A stretch of 64,000 nucleotides of DNA from an uncultured Coriobacteriia bacterium. Lineage in GTDB: Bacteria > Actinomycetota > Coriobacteriia > Coriobacteriales > QAMH01. Below are positions 16,961-25,507 of the stretch, one piece after another. The stretch is taken from positions 82 through 64,081 of the forward strand of contig CATLBX010000001.1 in NCBI GenBank assembly GCA_949879855.1. The letters run 5' to 3'. Every line of letters starts with the position of its first letter. Position 1 is the first letter of the stretch. A program made the translations under genes and the position numbers. The notes beneath the pieces are model-generated. The model had not been told where the DNA came from, did not search any database, and saw only the letters and a program-made list of their open reading frames with translations.

Positions 16961-19845
16961 CGGCTACCTTCCTTCATGCGCTGCATCTTCAGGTACCTAT
17001 CGAGTTCCCGGCCGAGCTTGTAGCCATCCGATGCGTTGGATGCGTTGACGGTGATGTTGTTGTTGTTGTTGATGATCGTTGTGCCGCCGGCGGCACCTAT
17101 CATCTCGGCGACCGTGTTTGCCAGCGGATTCATGTACTGCCTGTTCTCGATGGGAAACACGCTCGTCGTTCCATCGGCGTGCCTCTGGATGATCTCAGTC
17201 CCGTCCTCACCTGCGATGTGCATGATGCCGTAGCGATCCGTACCGATGTCGGTCGGGCCGTTGGTGACGTACGTGCCGGGGCCGTCGAGGCGCAGCCTCT
17301 GGATTCCGGCGGCATGGAGGCTCATGGCAAGGCCGCCGGTCGCCTTGGGCGCGATGCCGTTGATGAAGTAGCTGAAGGTCTTTCCGGCGAAGTCCGCGAT
17401 GCGGCTCGCCACCCTGGAGGCGGTGCCGTCTTCCGTACCCGTGATCGTGTACTTCCCGTCGGGAAGCTGCGTGACCTGCCCGTGGAGCGTCGCTACCTTG
17501 CCCTCCTCGGTCACAATCGAACCGGAGTCGTCGACCCAGTAGCGCTTGTCCCCGATCTGGAAGCTGTTGAGGTCTCCCAGCCGTTGCTCGCCAAGGTACA
17601 CGCTGCCGTCATCGGTCACGGCAAAGGTCTTGTCGCCGATGACGAACGAGTCGACGCTCGTGAGCGCGATGAGCATCGCGTTGACGTTGCCATCGCATGA
17701 CGCGGCGAGCGTCGAGAATCCGGCGGCTCCCATCTCGGCCATCGTCTGCGTCGAGACGCCCGCCTCGACGAGCTTTGCCGCCAGGTAGTCGACGTTCTCG
17801 ATGCCGGCGTCTCCAAGCGACCTGATGGTGTCGGCCATCTGCTTTGCGGCATCGCTTTGCGATACGATGGCAAGGCCGAACTGGGCCTCGAGGGCAGAGG
17901 ACTTGTCTTTTGCCTCGCCCAGGAGCCTCGATGTCTCTTCGACCTCCCTGTTCGCGTCCCGGTACTTCTGGGCGAACTCGGCCTCCCTGTCGGATCCGCT
18001 AGCCGCGTCGAGGTCGGCCTTCGCGGCAGCCGCCCTCTTCACCGCGGCTTCGTAGGAAACCAGCGCATCGGATTCCGCGGCGTAGGCCTCAGACAGGTTC
18101 GAGGACATGGCATCGAGCTTTATCTCGTCCTTCTTCTTCTCTATGAGCTCGTTTATGGAGTCGGTGAGCGTCACGGCGGCACCGGAGGCGTCTGTGTAGG
18201 AGTTCGCCATGACGTCAGCCGCGCTGATGGAAAGCCCGAACTCGTCGTTTACCTGCTGCAGCGCCCACTGCAGGCGGCCTTGCTCGTCGGCCGCGAGGTT
18301 GGTCCTTCCCGCGTACTCGTTGATGATGTTTTGCGCGGTGTTGAGCGTCGCGAGGTTCTTCTCGGCCTCGGCCGTGTTCTGCTTCATCTTCTCGGCATGG
18401 GAGCTCATCGACTCGGCAAGCTGGCCCGCGCTCATCGCGGATGCCGATGCGCTGGCTCCGACCCCGTCCAGGGTGCCCGAGTATCCCACGAGGGAGGCCG
18501 TGTCGCTTGTCGCCTCGGAAAGGCTGCGTACGGCGACGTCGAGCTTCCTTTCGTGCTCGTATGCGCTGTAGCAGGCGTAGGCAACCCCGGCGACGGCCGT
18601 GGCGGTCAGGGTCAACCCGGCGACGACGGGTCCCTTCGTGAGGGTCCCGAGCCTGGACGCGATGCCGAGCATCCTTTCCTGGCCCTTGCTTCCCTCGCTC
18701 ATCCCCGCGGCGACGTTCAACGCGACCTCGGATAGGCCCGTGCCGATCCGGGATGCCGAGCTCCACGTTGCGGAGAGCCTCGCCGTCTTGGATGACACGG
18801 TGTCGATGACCTTGCCGACCGCGCTGTCGGCGGCAAACGCGCCCATGGCCGTCACGATTACTGGCGCCATCTCCTTTACCGCAGACACCACGTCCTTGAT
18901 GGCCGGTACCGCGACCCTGGCCGCGCCGGCCATGCCGCCGAACAGGCCGTCGATGATCTCTTTGGTTCCCGCCGTGGCATCGGCAATCGTGTCGGTGCCG
19001 ACGGCATCCATGACGTTGGCGATGCCACGCGTGATGGCCGTGTGCAGGTTCGCGACGCTGGTCTGGACGCCGCCCGTTGCGGTACGGGCCTGCTGCTCGA
19101 ACGAGACGATGCCGGCCCCGCCCTCCTTGTCGAGCCTGATGATGGTGTCGATGAACTCCTGGAGATGCGCGGGGTCAGCGGCGTCCTTCGAGCCGCCCCC
19201 GAGATACGCGTAGAGGTCCTGCGCCGTCGCGCCGGTTCCGAGCATCGCCCTCGCCACCTGGTCGAGCTGGCCCGGAGCCGCCTGCATGATCGACTTCCAG
19301 TCCTGCATCTCGGGCTTGCCCTTGGCGAGGATCTGTCGAAACTGCTCGGCCGCGGCGTTCACGATCTGCTGGCTTTGGCCTCCCGCGAGCAGCATGTCGT
19401 TGATGCCCAGTCCCAGGTCGGTAGCCCTGTCGAGGTCGCGGGTGATGACGGACAGGCCCTGCACCGTCGATGACATGGCGTTCAGGGCGGTGGGAAGGCC
19501 CTGCAGGTGGTCGTCCATCTTCGCTATGGACTCGTCTGTCTGCTTTGCCGAAAACCCGAGCGTCTGCATGACGCGCGGGTAGTTCTTCAGGGTGTCGAGT
19601 CGCGACGTCGCGTCTGCGACGTGCGATGTTATCGCGCTCATCGCCGCTGTCGTCGCGGCCGCGAACACGCCGGCTATGGCACCGGTCTTGGCGATGCCAG
19701 ACCCCTTGAAGCCGCGCTCCACGCCGTCACCGAGCTGCCGCCCGGCTCCGGTCGTGTCGGCCTGCGATATCGCCTTTTTCACGCTCGCGGACAGGTTGTC
19801 GAAGCGCGGGACGATGGTCATCGATGCGGTGCCGACCTCAGCCAT
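16957..19845 (-). CDS. Tape measure protein (962 aa)
   Basis: Long, Ala/Gly-rich, with coiled-coil and TM-like segments. Follows the chaperone pair. Start MAEVGTASMTIVPRF overlaps the upstream stop. Confidence 0.8.
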   Translation of the reverse strand: MAEVGTASMTIVPRFDNLSASVKKAISQADTTGAGRQLGDGVERGFKGSGIAKTGAIAGVFAAATTAAMSAITSHVADATSRLDTLKNYPRVMQTLGFSAKQTDESIAKMDDHLQGLPTALNAMSSTVQGLSVITRDLDRATDLGLGINDMLLAGGQSQQIVNAAAEQFRQILAKGKPEMQDWKSIMQAAPGQLDQVARAMLGTGATAQDLYAYLGGGSKDAADPAHLQEFIDTIIRLDKEGGAGIVSFEQQARTATGGVQTSVANLHTAITRGIANVMDAVGTDTIADATAGTKEIIDGLFGGMAGAARVAVPAIKDVVSAVKEMAPVIVTAMGAFAADSAVGKVIDTVSSKTARLSATWSSASRIGTGLSEVALNVAAGMSEGSKGQERMLGIASRLGTLTKGPVVAGLTLTATAVAGVAYACYSAYEHERKLDVAVRSLSEATSDTASLVGYSGTLDGVGASASASAMSAGQLAESMSSHAEKMKQNTAEAEKNLATLNTAQNIINEYAGRTNLAADEQGRLQWALQQVNDEFGLSISAADVMANSYTDASGAAVTLTDSINELIEKKKDEIKLDAMSSNLSEAYAAESDALVSYEAAVKRAAAAKADLDAASGSDREAEFAQKYRDANREVEETSRLLGEAKDKSSALEAQFGLAIVSQSDAAKQMADTIRSLGDAGIENVDYLAAKLVEAGVSTQTMAEMGAAGFSTLAASCDGNVNAMLIALTSVDSFVIGDKTFAVTDDGSVYLGEQRLGDLNSFQIGDKRYWVDDSGSIVTEEGKVATLHGQVTQLPDGKYTITGTEDGTASRVASRIADFAGKTFSYFINGIAPKATGGLAMSLHAAGIQRLRLDGPGTYVTNGPTDIGTDRYGIMHIAGEDGTEIIQRHADGTTSVFPIENRQYMNPLANTVAEMIGAAGGTTIINNNNNITVNASNASDGYKLGRELDRYLKMQRMKEGSR

Positions 19846-20215
19846 CCGGCTCGACCTCCTTCCATCTGGTGTTGTTGAGCCTCTCGCGCACCTCGCGGGC
19901 CTTCCTCGCCTGTGCGAGCCTCGTCTCGCGGTCAAGCGGGAACTCGACGATTTGGGGATCTCCCGTCAGGTACCTGCCGTGGGCGATGACCTCCAGGAGG
20001 TTCTGGATTCTCGTGAACAGGTAGCGCTCGTCGCTCCACTCGGCCTCGGTCGAGTTATCGGCCCGCCACAGCGAGCCCATGGGGAGCGTGTTGATGAGGT
20101 CGACGGCCTCATGGGCGTCGACGTCTTCGTATCTGACGCCGTAGTAGACGCGAAAGTCATGGCGCAAAAGCCGCACGCGCCCACGCTCAAGGCGCGCGAG
20201 CTCTAGAAGTTTTTT
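19838..20215 (-). CDS. Tail assembly chaperone -1 frameshift extension (gpT-like part of the G-T fusion)
   Basis: The -1 frame from heptamer AAAAAAC (20209-20215, minus strand) reads KKLLELARLERGRVRLLRHDFRVYYG..., joining the track ORF 19838-20176. Confidence 0.65.
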   Translation of the reverse strand, partial: KKLLELARLERGRVRLLRHDFRVYYGVRYEDVDAHEAVDLINTLPMGSLWRADNSTEAEWSDERYLFTRIQNLLEVIAHGRYLTGDPQIVEFPLDRETRLAQARKAREVRERLNNTRWKEVEPDG

Positions 20216-20706
20216 AGTTCTGGATCCACGAGGACCTTGGCGATGAACAGGCCGAGGGCATCGACGTCGACCACGCCGTCATCGTCGGTGCAGTGCTCGA
20301 CGATCGCATCCCACTGATCGTCTCCGACGATGTCGACGAACAGCGTCTCCATCGCGTCATCCGAGAGTATCGACAGGTTCTTGACCTTGTCGGCGACCCT
20401 CTTGTCGTGCAGGCTCTTTATGGGAACGGAAACGTCGAATCCCAAGACGCTCACGACCGCGGTGCGGTTTCGCGCCTCCTCGACACGGTCGACCTTCTCG
20501 CATATCGGCATCCCGTCGGGAAGCTCGACGCCGATCGTCTTCGCGTAAAGGTCGAGTTCGCTCTCGATCAAAGACGCGAGTATCTCCCTTTTCATCGGAA
20601 CCTCTTTTCTCATGGCAAGGATGGACGGGCCCGGCGAATCGCCGGGCCCGTCCATTCGGTCGTTTTCTCTTGACGTGGCCTCTCTAGGCGGATTGCGAGA
20701 TGGCAT
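20203..20706 (-). CDS. Tail assembly chaperone (gpG-like)
   Basis: Acidic 167-aa protein upstream of the tape measure. Ends ..DPELKNF* over a slippery A-AAA-AAC. Confidence 0.7.
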   Translation of the reverse strand: MPSRNPPREATSRENDRMDGPGDSPGPSILAMRKEVPMKREILASLIESELDLYAKTIGVELPDGMPICEKVDRVEEARNRTAVVSVLGFDVSVPIKSLHDKRVADKVKNLSILSDDAMETLFVDIVGDDQWDAIVEHCTDDDGVVDVDALGLFIAKVLVDPELKNF

Positions 20707-21415
20707 CGAGAATCTGCGCCTTGGTCATGGACTCGTCGGCGGTGACGCCGTTTGCGGCGCACCACTCGAGCAGCCTTTCCTTTGTCCACGAATCGGATGG
20801 GGCATCGGAGGAAAGCGCGCTTGCCTCATCGTTGCCGGCTGCGACGTCTGGCTTGGCGAAGTAGATGTGGCCGAGCACGCCGTCGTTGTCGAGCAACGTG
20901 CCCTCGAGGCCGAAGCCGAGCAGGTTTTGCCTGTTGTGCGGAATCTCGTCGAAGCTCGTGATCTTGAAGCGGTCGAGGACGTAGCGGACCTTCCAGCCGT
21001 TGGTCCAGAGCTGCTCGATGACGATGGGTCGCTCCTTCGTGGGCTTCGAGTCAAGCGTCACGCTCTCGGGAACACCGCCGGTTGCGCTCACCGCATCGAC
21101 GCCGTAGACGAACTTCAGGACGGCCTCTCGCATGGCTTCGATGAACTTGAGCTTGACCTTGCGTTTCTTCGTGTTGTCGACCGTGAGCACGATCCTGCCG
21201 CAGCAGTCATCGAAGTCGTTCGAGGACAGGTCGGTGATTTCTGTGAAGCCGTCTGGGGAAAGGTCGCCCAGGGAGTCGAAGACGTCCTTGGCGATTTCCT
21301 CGCTCGCGGTCTTGGGAAGGGTCGGCTCGTCGGCAAACGAGATGTACGCGACGCCGCCTTCGTCCGGGAACGTGCCGGCCACGATGTTGTTGGTGTCGAT
21401 GTCGAGTTGGGGCAT
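20684..21415 (-). CDS. Major tail protein (243 aa) with C-terminal HeH/Rho_N-like tag
   Basis: AAAGGAAGAG RBS before ATG 21415. Position matches. C-terminus SWTKERLLEWCAANGVTADESMTKAQILDAISQSA. Confidence 0.6.
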   Translation of the reverse strand: MPQLDIDTNNIVAGTFPDEGGVAYISFADEPTLPKTASEEIAKDVFDSLGDLSPDGFTEITDLSSNDFDDCCGRIVLTVDNTKKRKVKLKFIEAMREAVLKFVYGVDAVSATGGVPESVTLDSKPTKERPIVIEQLWTNGWKVRYVLDRFKITSFDEIPHNRQNLLGFGLEGTLLDNDGVLGHIYFAKPDVAAGNDEASALSSDAPSDSWTKERLLEWCAANGVTADESMTKAQILDAISQSA

Positions 21416-21426
21416 TTCTCTTCCTT

Positions 21427-21792
21427 TCAGTTGTATCTGAACGTGTTGACCAGGTACGATGCGTACCATCTGGGTTGGTTTGAATCGGGATCAGGATCCT
21501 TGCGCCTGGTCGTCTCGACGCACGATAGAAAGCCGCTTGACACGTTTCTGTTGAGCGACAGCATGATGTCGGAGACGGCATCCGAGAGCTGCCGTGCGCG
21601 CCTGTAGGTCTGCGCCCAGCAATGCACGTCGATCCTCGGGGCATCGCGCAGCGAGTCGATCCTCGCCCCGGCGTTTCTGCAGACGTACACGAACTCCCTC
21701 GGCCTGGGGCGCTCGATCTCTTCGGGCACCCTCACGCCGAGCTCGTCTGCGATACGCTTCCTGATGTAGTCGACCGCGTCAAGCGTCGGCAT
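21427..21792 (-). CDS. Head-tail joining / tail terminator-type protein (121 aa)
   Basis: Synteny between the connector genes and the major tail gene. Confidence 0.5.
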   Translation of the reverse strand: MPTLDAVDYIRKRIADELGVRVPEEIERPRPREFVYVCRNAGARIDSLRDAPRIDVHCWAQTYRRARQLSDAVSDIMLSLNRNVSSGFLSCVETTRRKDPDPDSNQPRWYASYLVNTFRYN

Positions 21793-21803
21793 GGGGATAC
21801 CTC

Positions 21804-22064
21804 CTAACCCCTGTAGCTTCTGTCGCAGTAGGGCTCCATCGTGTGGTTTCGAGCCTCGTTTTCCATCGCGTCTGAAGTCGCCGTGAACACGCGCCCGACG
21901 GCTACGGTCTGGTGAACGGATACGGAGCTTCCGTAGCCCGGTGCCTGGGCGTTGAGCTCGCCTGCGATAGACGCGGCCTGCCGACCGAGCGCGGCGCGCA
22001 CCCCGCCTTGCTTGAGCGCCTCGCGGATGCCGGTGAGGTTCGGCTCGAATATGACGTCACCCAT
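21804..22064 (-). CDS. Head-tail joining protein (86 aa)
   Basis: Synteny only. Confidence 0.4.
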   Translation of the reverse strand: MGDVIFEPNLTGIREALKQGGVRAALGRQAASIAGELNAQAPGYGSSVSVHQTVAVGRVFTATSDAMENEARNHTMEPYCDRSYRG

Positions 22065-22413
22065 CGAACCTCCCTATGACCACCTTGAACTTCCAGACGA
22101 GGGGGGATTGCGGGACGTGGACGACGCGGCGCACGCGCATGGCATCGTCATCTTCCTGCCCGCGCTGCGTGAGGGCTATCATCGCGCCGTCGAGTTCGGA
22201 GCGTGACAAGACGTCGGGCAGGCACACGACGTACTCGACGTCTACGCCCTCGGGCCTTTCGGCCTGACGCGATTCTTCGCCGTCGAGCTGCCTTACGAGC
22301 GCGTTTTCGACGACGGTGCGCTCAAATGCCCACACGGGCTCTCCGTACTCGTCTTCGCCGTCTTTGCGCCTGGTGAGCACGGTCACCGTCTCGACGACCC
22401 CCATCACAGCCAT
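22057..22413 (-). CDS. Head closure / head-tail adaptor protein (118 aa)
   Basis: Synteny and size. Overlapping starts and stops with its neighbours. Confidence 0.5.
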   Translation of the reverse strand: MAVMGVVETVTVLTRRKDGEDEYGEPVWAFERTVVENALVRQLDGEESRQAERPEGVDVEYVVCLPDVLSRSELDGAMIALTQRGQEDDDAMRVRRVVHVPQSPLVWKFKVVIGRFDG

Positions 22414-22802
22414 CCCATCCTCTGCGCGCTACCGAGTGATCTCTTGAGCGCCTTGAGCATCGAGGTGTCAAACCACGCGGCACCCGATGCGTTTGCCAGG
22501 TCGACGGAGAGCTGGAACCCGTTTGCGGAGAAGCTTGACGTCTCGACGCCGTCCATCGTCCTTTCGAGCCATGGCACGTTCGAGCTCGAGAGCGCCTTTC
22601 TGACCGCGTCGCAGACCAGGCCGCGCGCGAGCGTGGCCTGGTCTTCGCTCAAGACGTCATTGGCACCTATGGAGCATTCGGCGCGCAGTTTGGCCGATTG
22701 CTGCTCGAGCATGGCCGTGACTCGGTCATCCGCGGTTGACGTGTCACCCGTCAGGCTCCGGTACTCGTCCGATGTCGCGTAGCTTTCGGCCATTGGCGTC
22801 AC
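22404..22802 (-). CDS. gp6-like head-tail connector protein (132 aa)
   Basis: N-terminus YATSDEYRSLTGD...DDRVTAMLEQQS is typical of the gp6-like connector family. Lies directly after the capsid gene. Confidence 0.6.
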   Translation of the reverse strand: MTPMAESYATSDEYRSLTGDTSTADDRVTAMLEQQSAKLRAECSIGANDVLSEDQATLARGLVCDAVRKALSSSNVPWLERTMDGVETSSFSANGFQLSVDLANASGAAWFDTSMLKALKRSLGSAQRMGWL

Positions 22803-23945
22803 CTAGTTTCCGGCGATGGCATCGAGGATCTGAGCCTTGGTCATGGACTCGTCGATGGCGATGTCGTTTGCAACGCAGTACGCGGTGAGCTCCGCCTTGG
22901 TCCACTCCATGGATGGCGTGTCGGGCGCGCTGTTCGCATCCTGCCCGAGCGCCTGGGTATCGACACCGCCACCGGCGCCTTCGTCACCAGTGTCTTTGCC
23001 ACCAGAGCTTTCGCCACCGGTGCTCTCGCCGGCACCTTCCTTGTCAGGCGCCTTGCCGAACGTCGCGATGACGATGAAGTCGAGCACCTCGGGGACGAGC
23101 TGCAGGCCGACGAGGACGTTGGTCTCGGCAGACACGTGGTCGTAGGCACCCTTGTGGGCGACACCTATGAGACCCCTGGCCTCGGTCTGGTACACCAGGC
23201 CGCCACGGGCGAGCTCGGAGAAGTCGACGGTGAAGGCACGGACGTTGTCGGCGGGCGTGACGACGATCTTTCCGGCAGGGATCTTGTTGGTCAGAAAGAC
23301 GTGGGACACGCCCATGAAGTTCTCCAGGTAGGTCATCCCGAAGAGGCTCTGCATGGTGATTTCGGCTCCCGCGAGGTAGACCGCGGCGTCCATGCGGTTG
23401 ACGAAATGCAGGATGTTGGAATCCGTCTCGTCGTGCTTTTCCTCCAGGGTGTCTTGCAGCGTCGCGTCCGCGAACGCGAGTGCCGACTGAAGGCCGCTGG
23501 CAGACGCCGTTCCCGTGCCCTTTTGCAGGAACTCGAAGAAGTCGACGATCTGGGCGCTTCGGATCTGGCTTCTCAGCCTGTTGTCGGTCTTGATGACCGC
23601 CGCCTCGTAGCCATCGTCCAAAATCGCCTGGTACGTCGTCTGCTTGCGGTACGGGTAGGCCTTCAGCTCGCCGATGGGGACCTTGTTGACCTTGAAGTTG
23701 GAGAGCGCGACCAGGTCGCCTTCCTTGTACGCCCTGCCGGACGAAGACTCGTCGGTCGCCTCGTCGTTGAGCTCGCCGGTGACCTCGTACATGAAGAGGG
23801 CGCGACCCGCATGGCGTCGCTCGACGTCGAACAGGCCGAGAATCTCCATGAGGCGATCGGCATCGTGGTTGAAGTTGCGCACGAACTCCTGCGACAGGGA
23901 CGCGTCGATGTCTTCCGATTTGATCTGGTTTGCTGGTGCTGGCAT
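22803..23945 (-). CDS. Major capsid protein (380 aa) with Gly/Ser/acidic linker and C-terminal HeH/Rho_N-like tag
   Basis: Follows the scaffold gene and the size fits. C-terminus EWTKAELTAYCVANDIAIDESMTKAQILDAIAGN. Confidence 0.75.
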   Translation of the reverse strand: MPAPANQIKSEDIDASLSQEFVRNFNHDADRLMEILGLFDVERRHAGRALFMYEVTGELNDEATDESSSGRAYKEGDLVALSNFKVNKVPIGELKAYPYRKQTTYQAILDDGYEAAVIKTDNRLRSQIRSAQIVDFFEFLQKGTGTASASGLQSALAFADATLQDTLEEKHDETDSNILHFVNRMDAAVYLAGAEITMQSLFGMTYLENFMGVSHVFLTNKIPAGKIVVTPADNVRAFTVDFSELARGGLVYQTEARGLIGVAHKGAYDHVSAETNVLVGLQLVPEVLDFIVIATFGKAPDKEGAGESTGGESSGGKDTGDEGAGGGVDTQALGQDANSAPDTPSMEWTKAELTAYCVANDIAIDESMTKAQILDAIAGN

Positions 23946-23958
23946 ATCTTTCTCATAT

Positions 23959-24513
23959 CTAGCCGTATCGATGCTGGTTTGCCGCGCGCGCCCTCACGCG
24001 CGCGACGGGATCGTCGATCGATTCGATCGATTCGACCGTGACGGGTTGCTTGTTCGAGCTGCCCCCCGTGTCCTGTGGAAAGCCCGGACGCGTGCTCTTG
24101 TTCCAGGCGATGAGAGCATCCGCAGACGCCTCGATGGACTGCTCGTCGTCTCCCGTAAGAAGCGATGCGGGAACGCCCTTCTCGACAGCGATTCGGTTGA
24201 CGAGCGTCTCGTGCTCGTGCGTAGCCTGCAGCTTGGCGAGCTCTGATTCCGCTTTGTCTGCCCGCTCGGTCGCCTTTTGCAGGTCGGACTTGCCGGCTTC
24301 CTCGATCTCGTCGAGCCTGTCGGCCTTTTCCTTGTACCGGCGTGCCTTGTCCTCCCAGGAGCGGGCGATGGCCTTCCAGTCGTTTCCATCGCCACCGGGC
24401 GCTCCCGCGGGAGGCTCTTCCTGCGCGCCGTCAGGCGGATTGCCCGTGATACCCGCGGGCGTCTCGGTCCCGTCTTCTGGATTCACGGTACTCTGGTTGC
24501 TTTCCTCGGACAT
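23959..24513 (-). CDS. Capsid scaffolding protein (184 aa)
   Basis: Acidic coiled-coil region (EKADRLDEIEEAGKSDLQKATERADKAESELAKLQ) followed by ..VPASLLTGDDEQSIEASADALI.., typical of DUF4355-type scaffolds. Confidence 0.7.
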   Translation of the reverse strand: MSEESNQSTVNPEDGTETPAGITGNPPDGAQEEPPAGAPGGDGNDWKAIARSWEDKARRYKEKADRLDEIEEAGKSDLQKATERADKAESELAKLQATHEHETLVNRIAVEKGVPASLLTGDDEQSIEASADALIAWNKSTRPGFPQDTGGSSNKQPVTVESIESIDDPVARVRARAANQHRYG

Positions 24514-24528
24514 TTCTTCCTCCTTGGT

Positions 24529-24612
24529 GCCCCTGTTCAGGTGGCAAAGTCGGTTCGCGGCCCCTGTTCAGGTGACCGCACTTGCATGAAAAGAGCCGCC
24601 CCTGTTCAGGTG
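24529..24612 (-). repeat. Three direct copies of GCCCCTGTTCAGGTG (minus strand CACCTGAACAGGGGC) upstream of the scaffold gene
   Basis: Copies at 24529-24543, 24560-24574 and 24598-24612. The last minus-strand copy ends 16 nt before the scaffold ATG. Confidence 0.8.
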
Positions 24613-24676
24613 ACGGCTTCGTTTCCGGATTTGCGGGCCTGTCTCTCGCGCACGACGGGCCTGATGGTTCCTCGCG

Positions 24677-25507
24677 CTACTTGATGCGCGAAGACGACGT
24701 GATGCCCATGTTCTCGTTCATGGTCTGGATGACGCGGTTTCGACGGTAGTTATTCCATCCGGACTTCGTGCTCGTCTCGCCCTTCCTCCTGTCGGTGAAG
24801 GTACCCGGTGAGTACCTTTGCCTCTCCTCGGCGCTCATCGCGTTCCATTCGGAAACCCACTTCCTTTGGTTCTCGACGCTGTCGGCATCCCGGTAGATGC
24901 GGTAGTAGTCCATCTCGTCGTAACCGGCTAGGGCAGGATCGCCCCAATCGACGACGAGCGTGCACTTGCAGTTGTCGTGCCGCATGCTCTCGATACGCCT
25001 GTCGAGGTCCCATCCGCGAGATGCGATAAGGACGCACCATCCGCATGCGCCAGCATGCGGTACCAGGCAGGCCTTTCCCCTGACCATGTCGCGCTCCATA
25101 GCGTCCCATAGCTGCTCGTCGGCCTGCCCCATCACGCGCTTGGTCATGTACCCGGCCATCGTGGACATGAAGGCGTCGTGGCCGGCCCCGCCGTAAAGCG
25201 AGCCCATCGAGCGCCGCACGTCTGCGCGGGCGACCTTGGCATCGGGCTGGGCGACGAGCGTCGGGGTATACGGCTCCTCGACGCCGGATGCGGCGCGCTG
25301 TTCCTGGTAGAACTCGATTGCGACCTGGGCCGCGCGGTCGCCGTACTTGGCCACGAGCGCCGGACAGCCATCTAGCAGGGAATCCCTCAGCATCGGGTAG
25401 TCATTGAAGCCGACGTATCCGATGAACTCGAGGAGCTCTTTTCGAGCCATCGCGTCGTTGGTGAGAAGGGCCGTCGAGTAGGCATCGAACAGCTCGCGCG
25501 CGATCAT
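24677..25507 (-). CDS. Minor head / head-morphogenesis protein (SPP1 gp7/MuF-related, 276 aa)
   Basis: The CLVPHAGACGWCVLIASRGW...HDNCKCT motif is typical of this family. ATGA-coupled to the portal stop. Confidence 0.65.
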   Translation of the reverse strand: MIARELFDAYSTALLTNDAMARKELLEFIGYVGFNDYPMLRDSLLDGCPALVAKYGDRAAQVAIEFYQEQRAASGVEEPYTPTLVAQPDAKVARADVRRSMGSLYGGAGHDAFMSTMAGYMTKRVMGQADEQLWDAMERDMVRGKACLVPHAGACGWCVLIASRGWDLDRRIESMRHDNCKCTLVVDWGDPALAGYDEMDYYRIYRDADSVENQRKWVSEWNAMSAEERQRYSPGTFTDRRKGETSTKSGWNNYRRNRVIQTMNENMGITSSSRIK

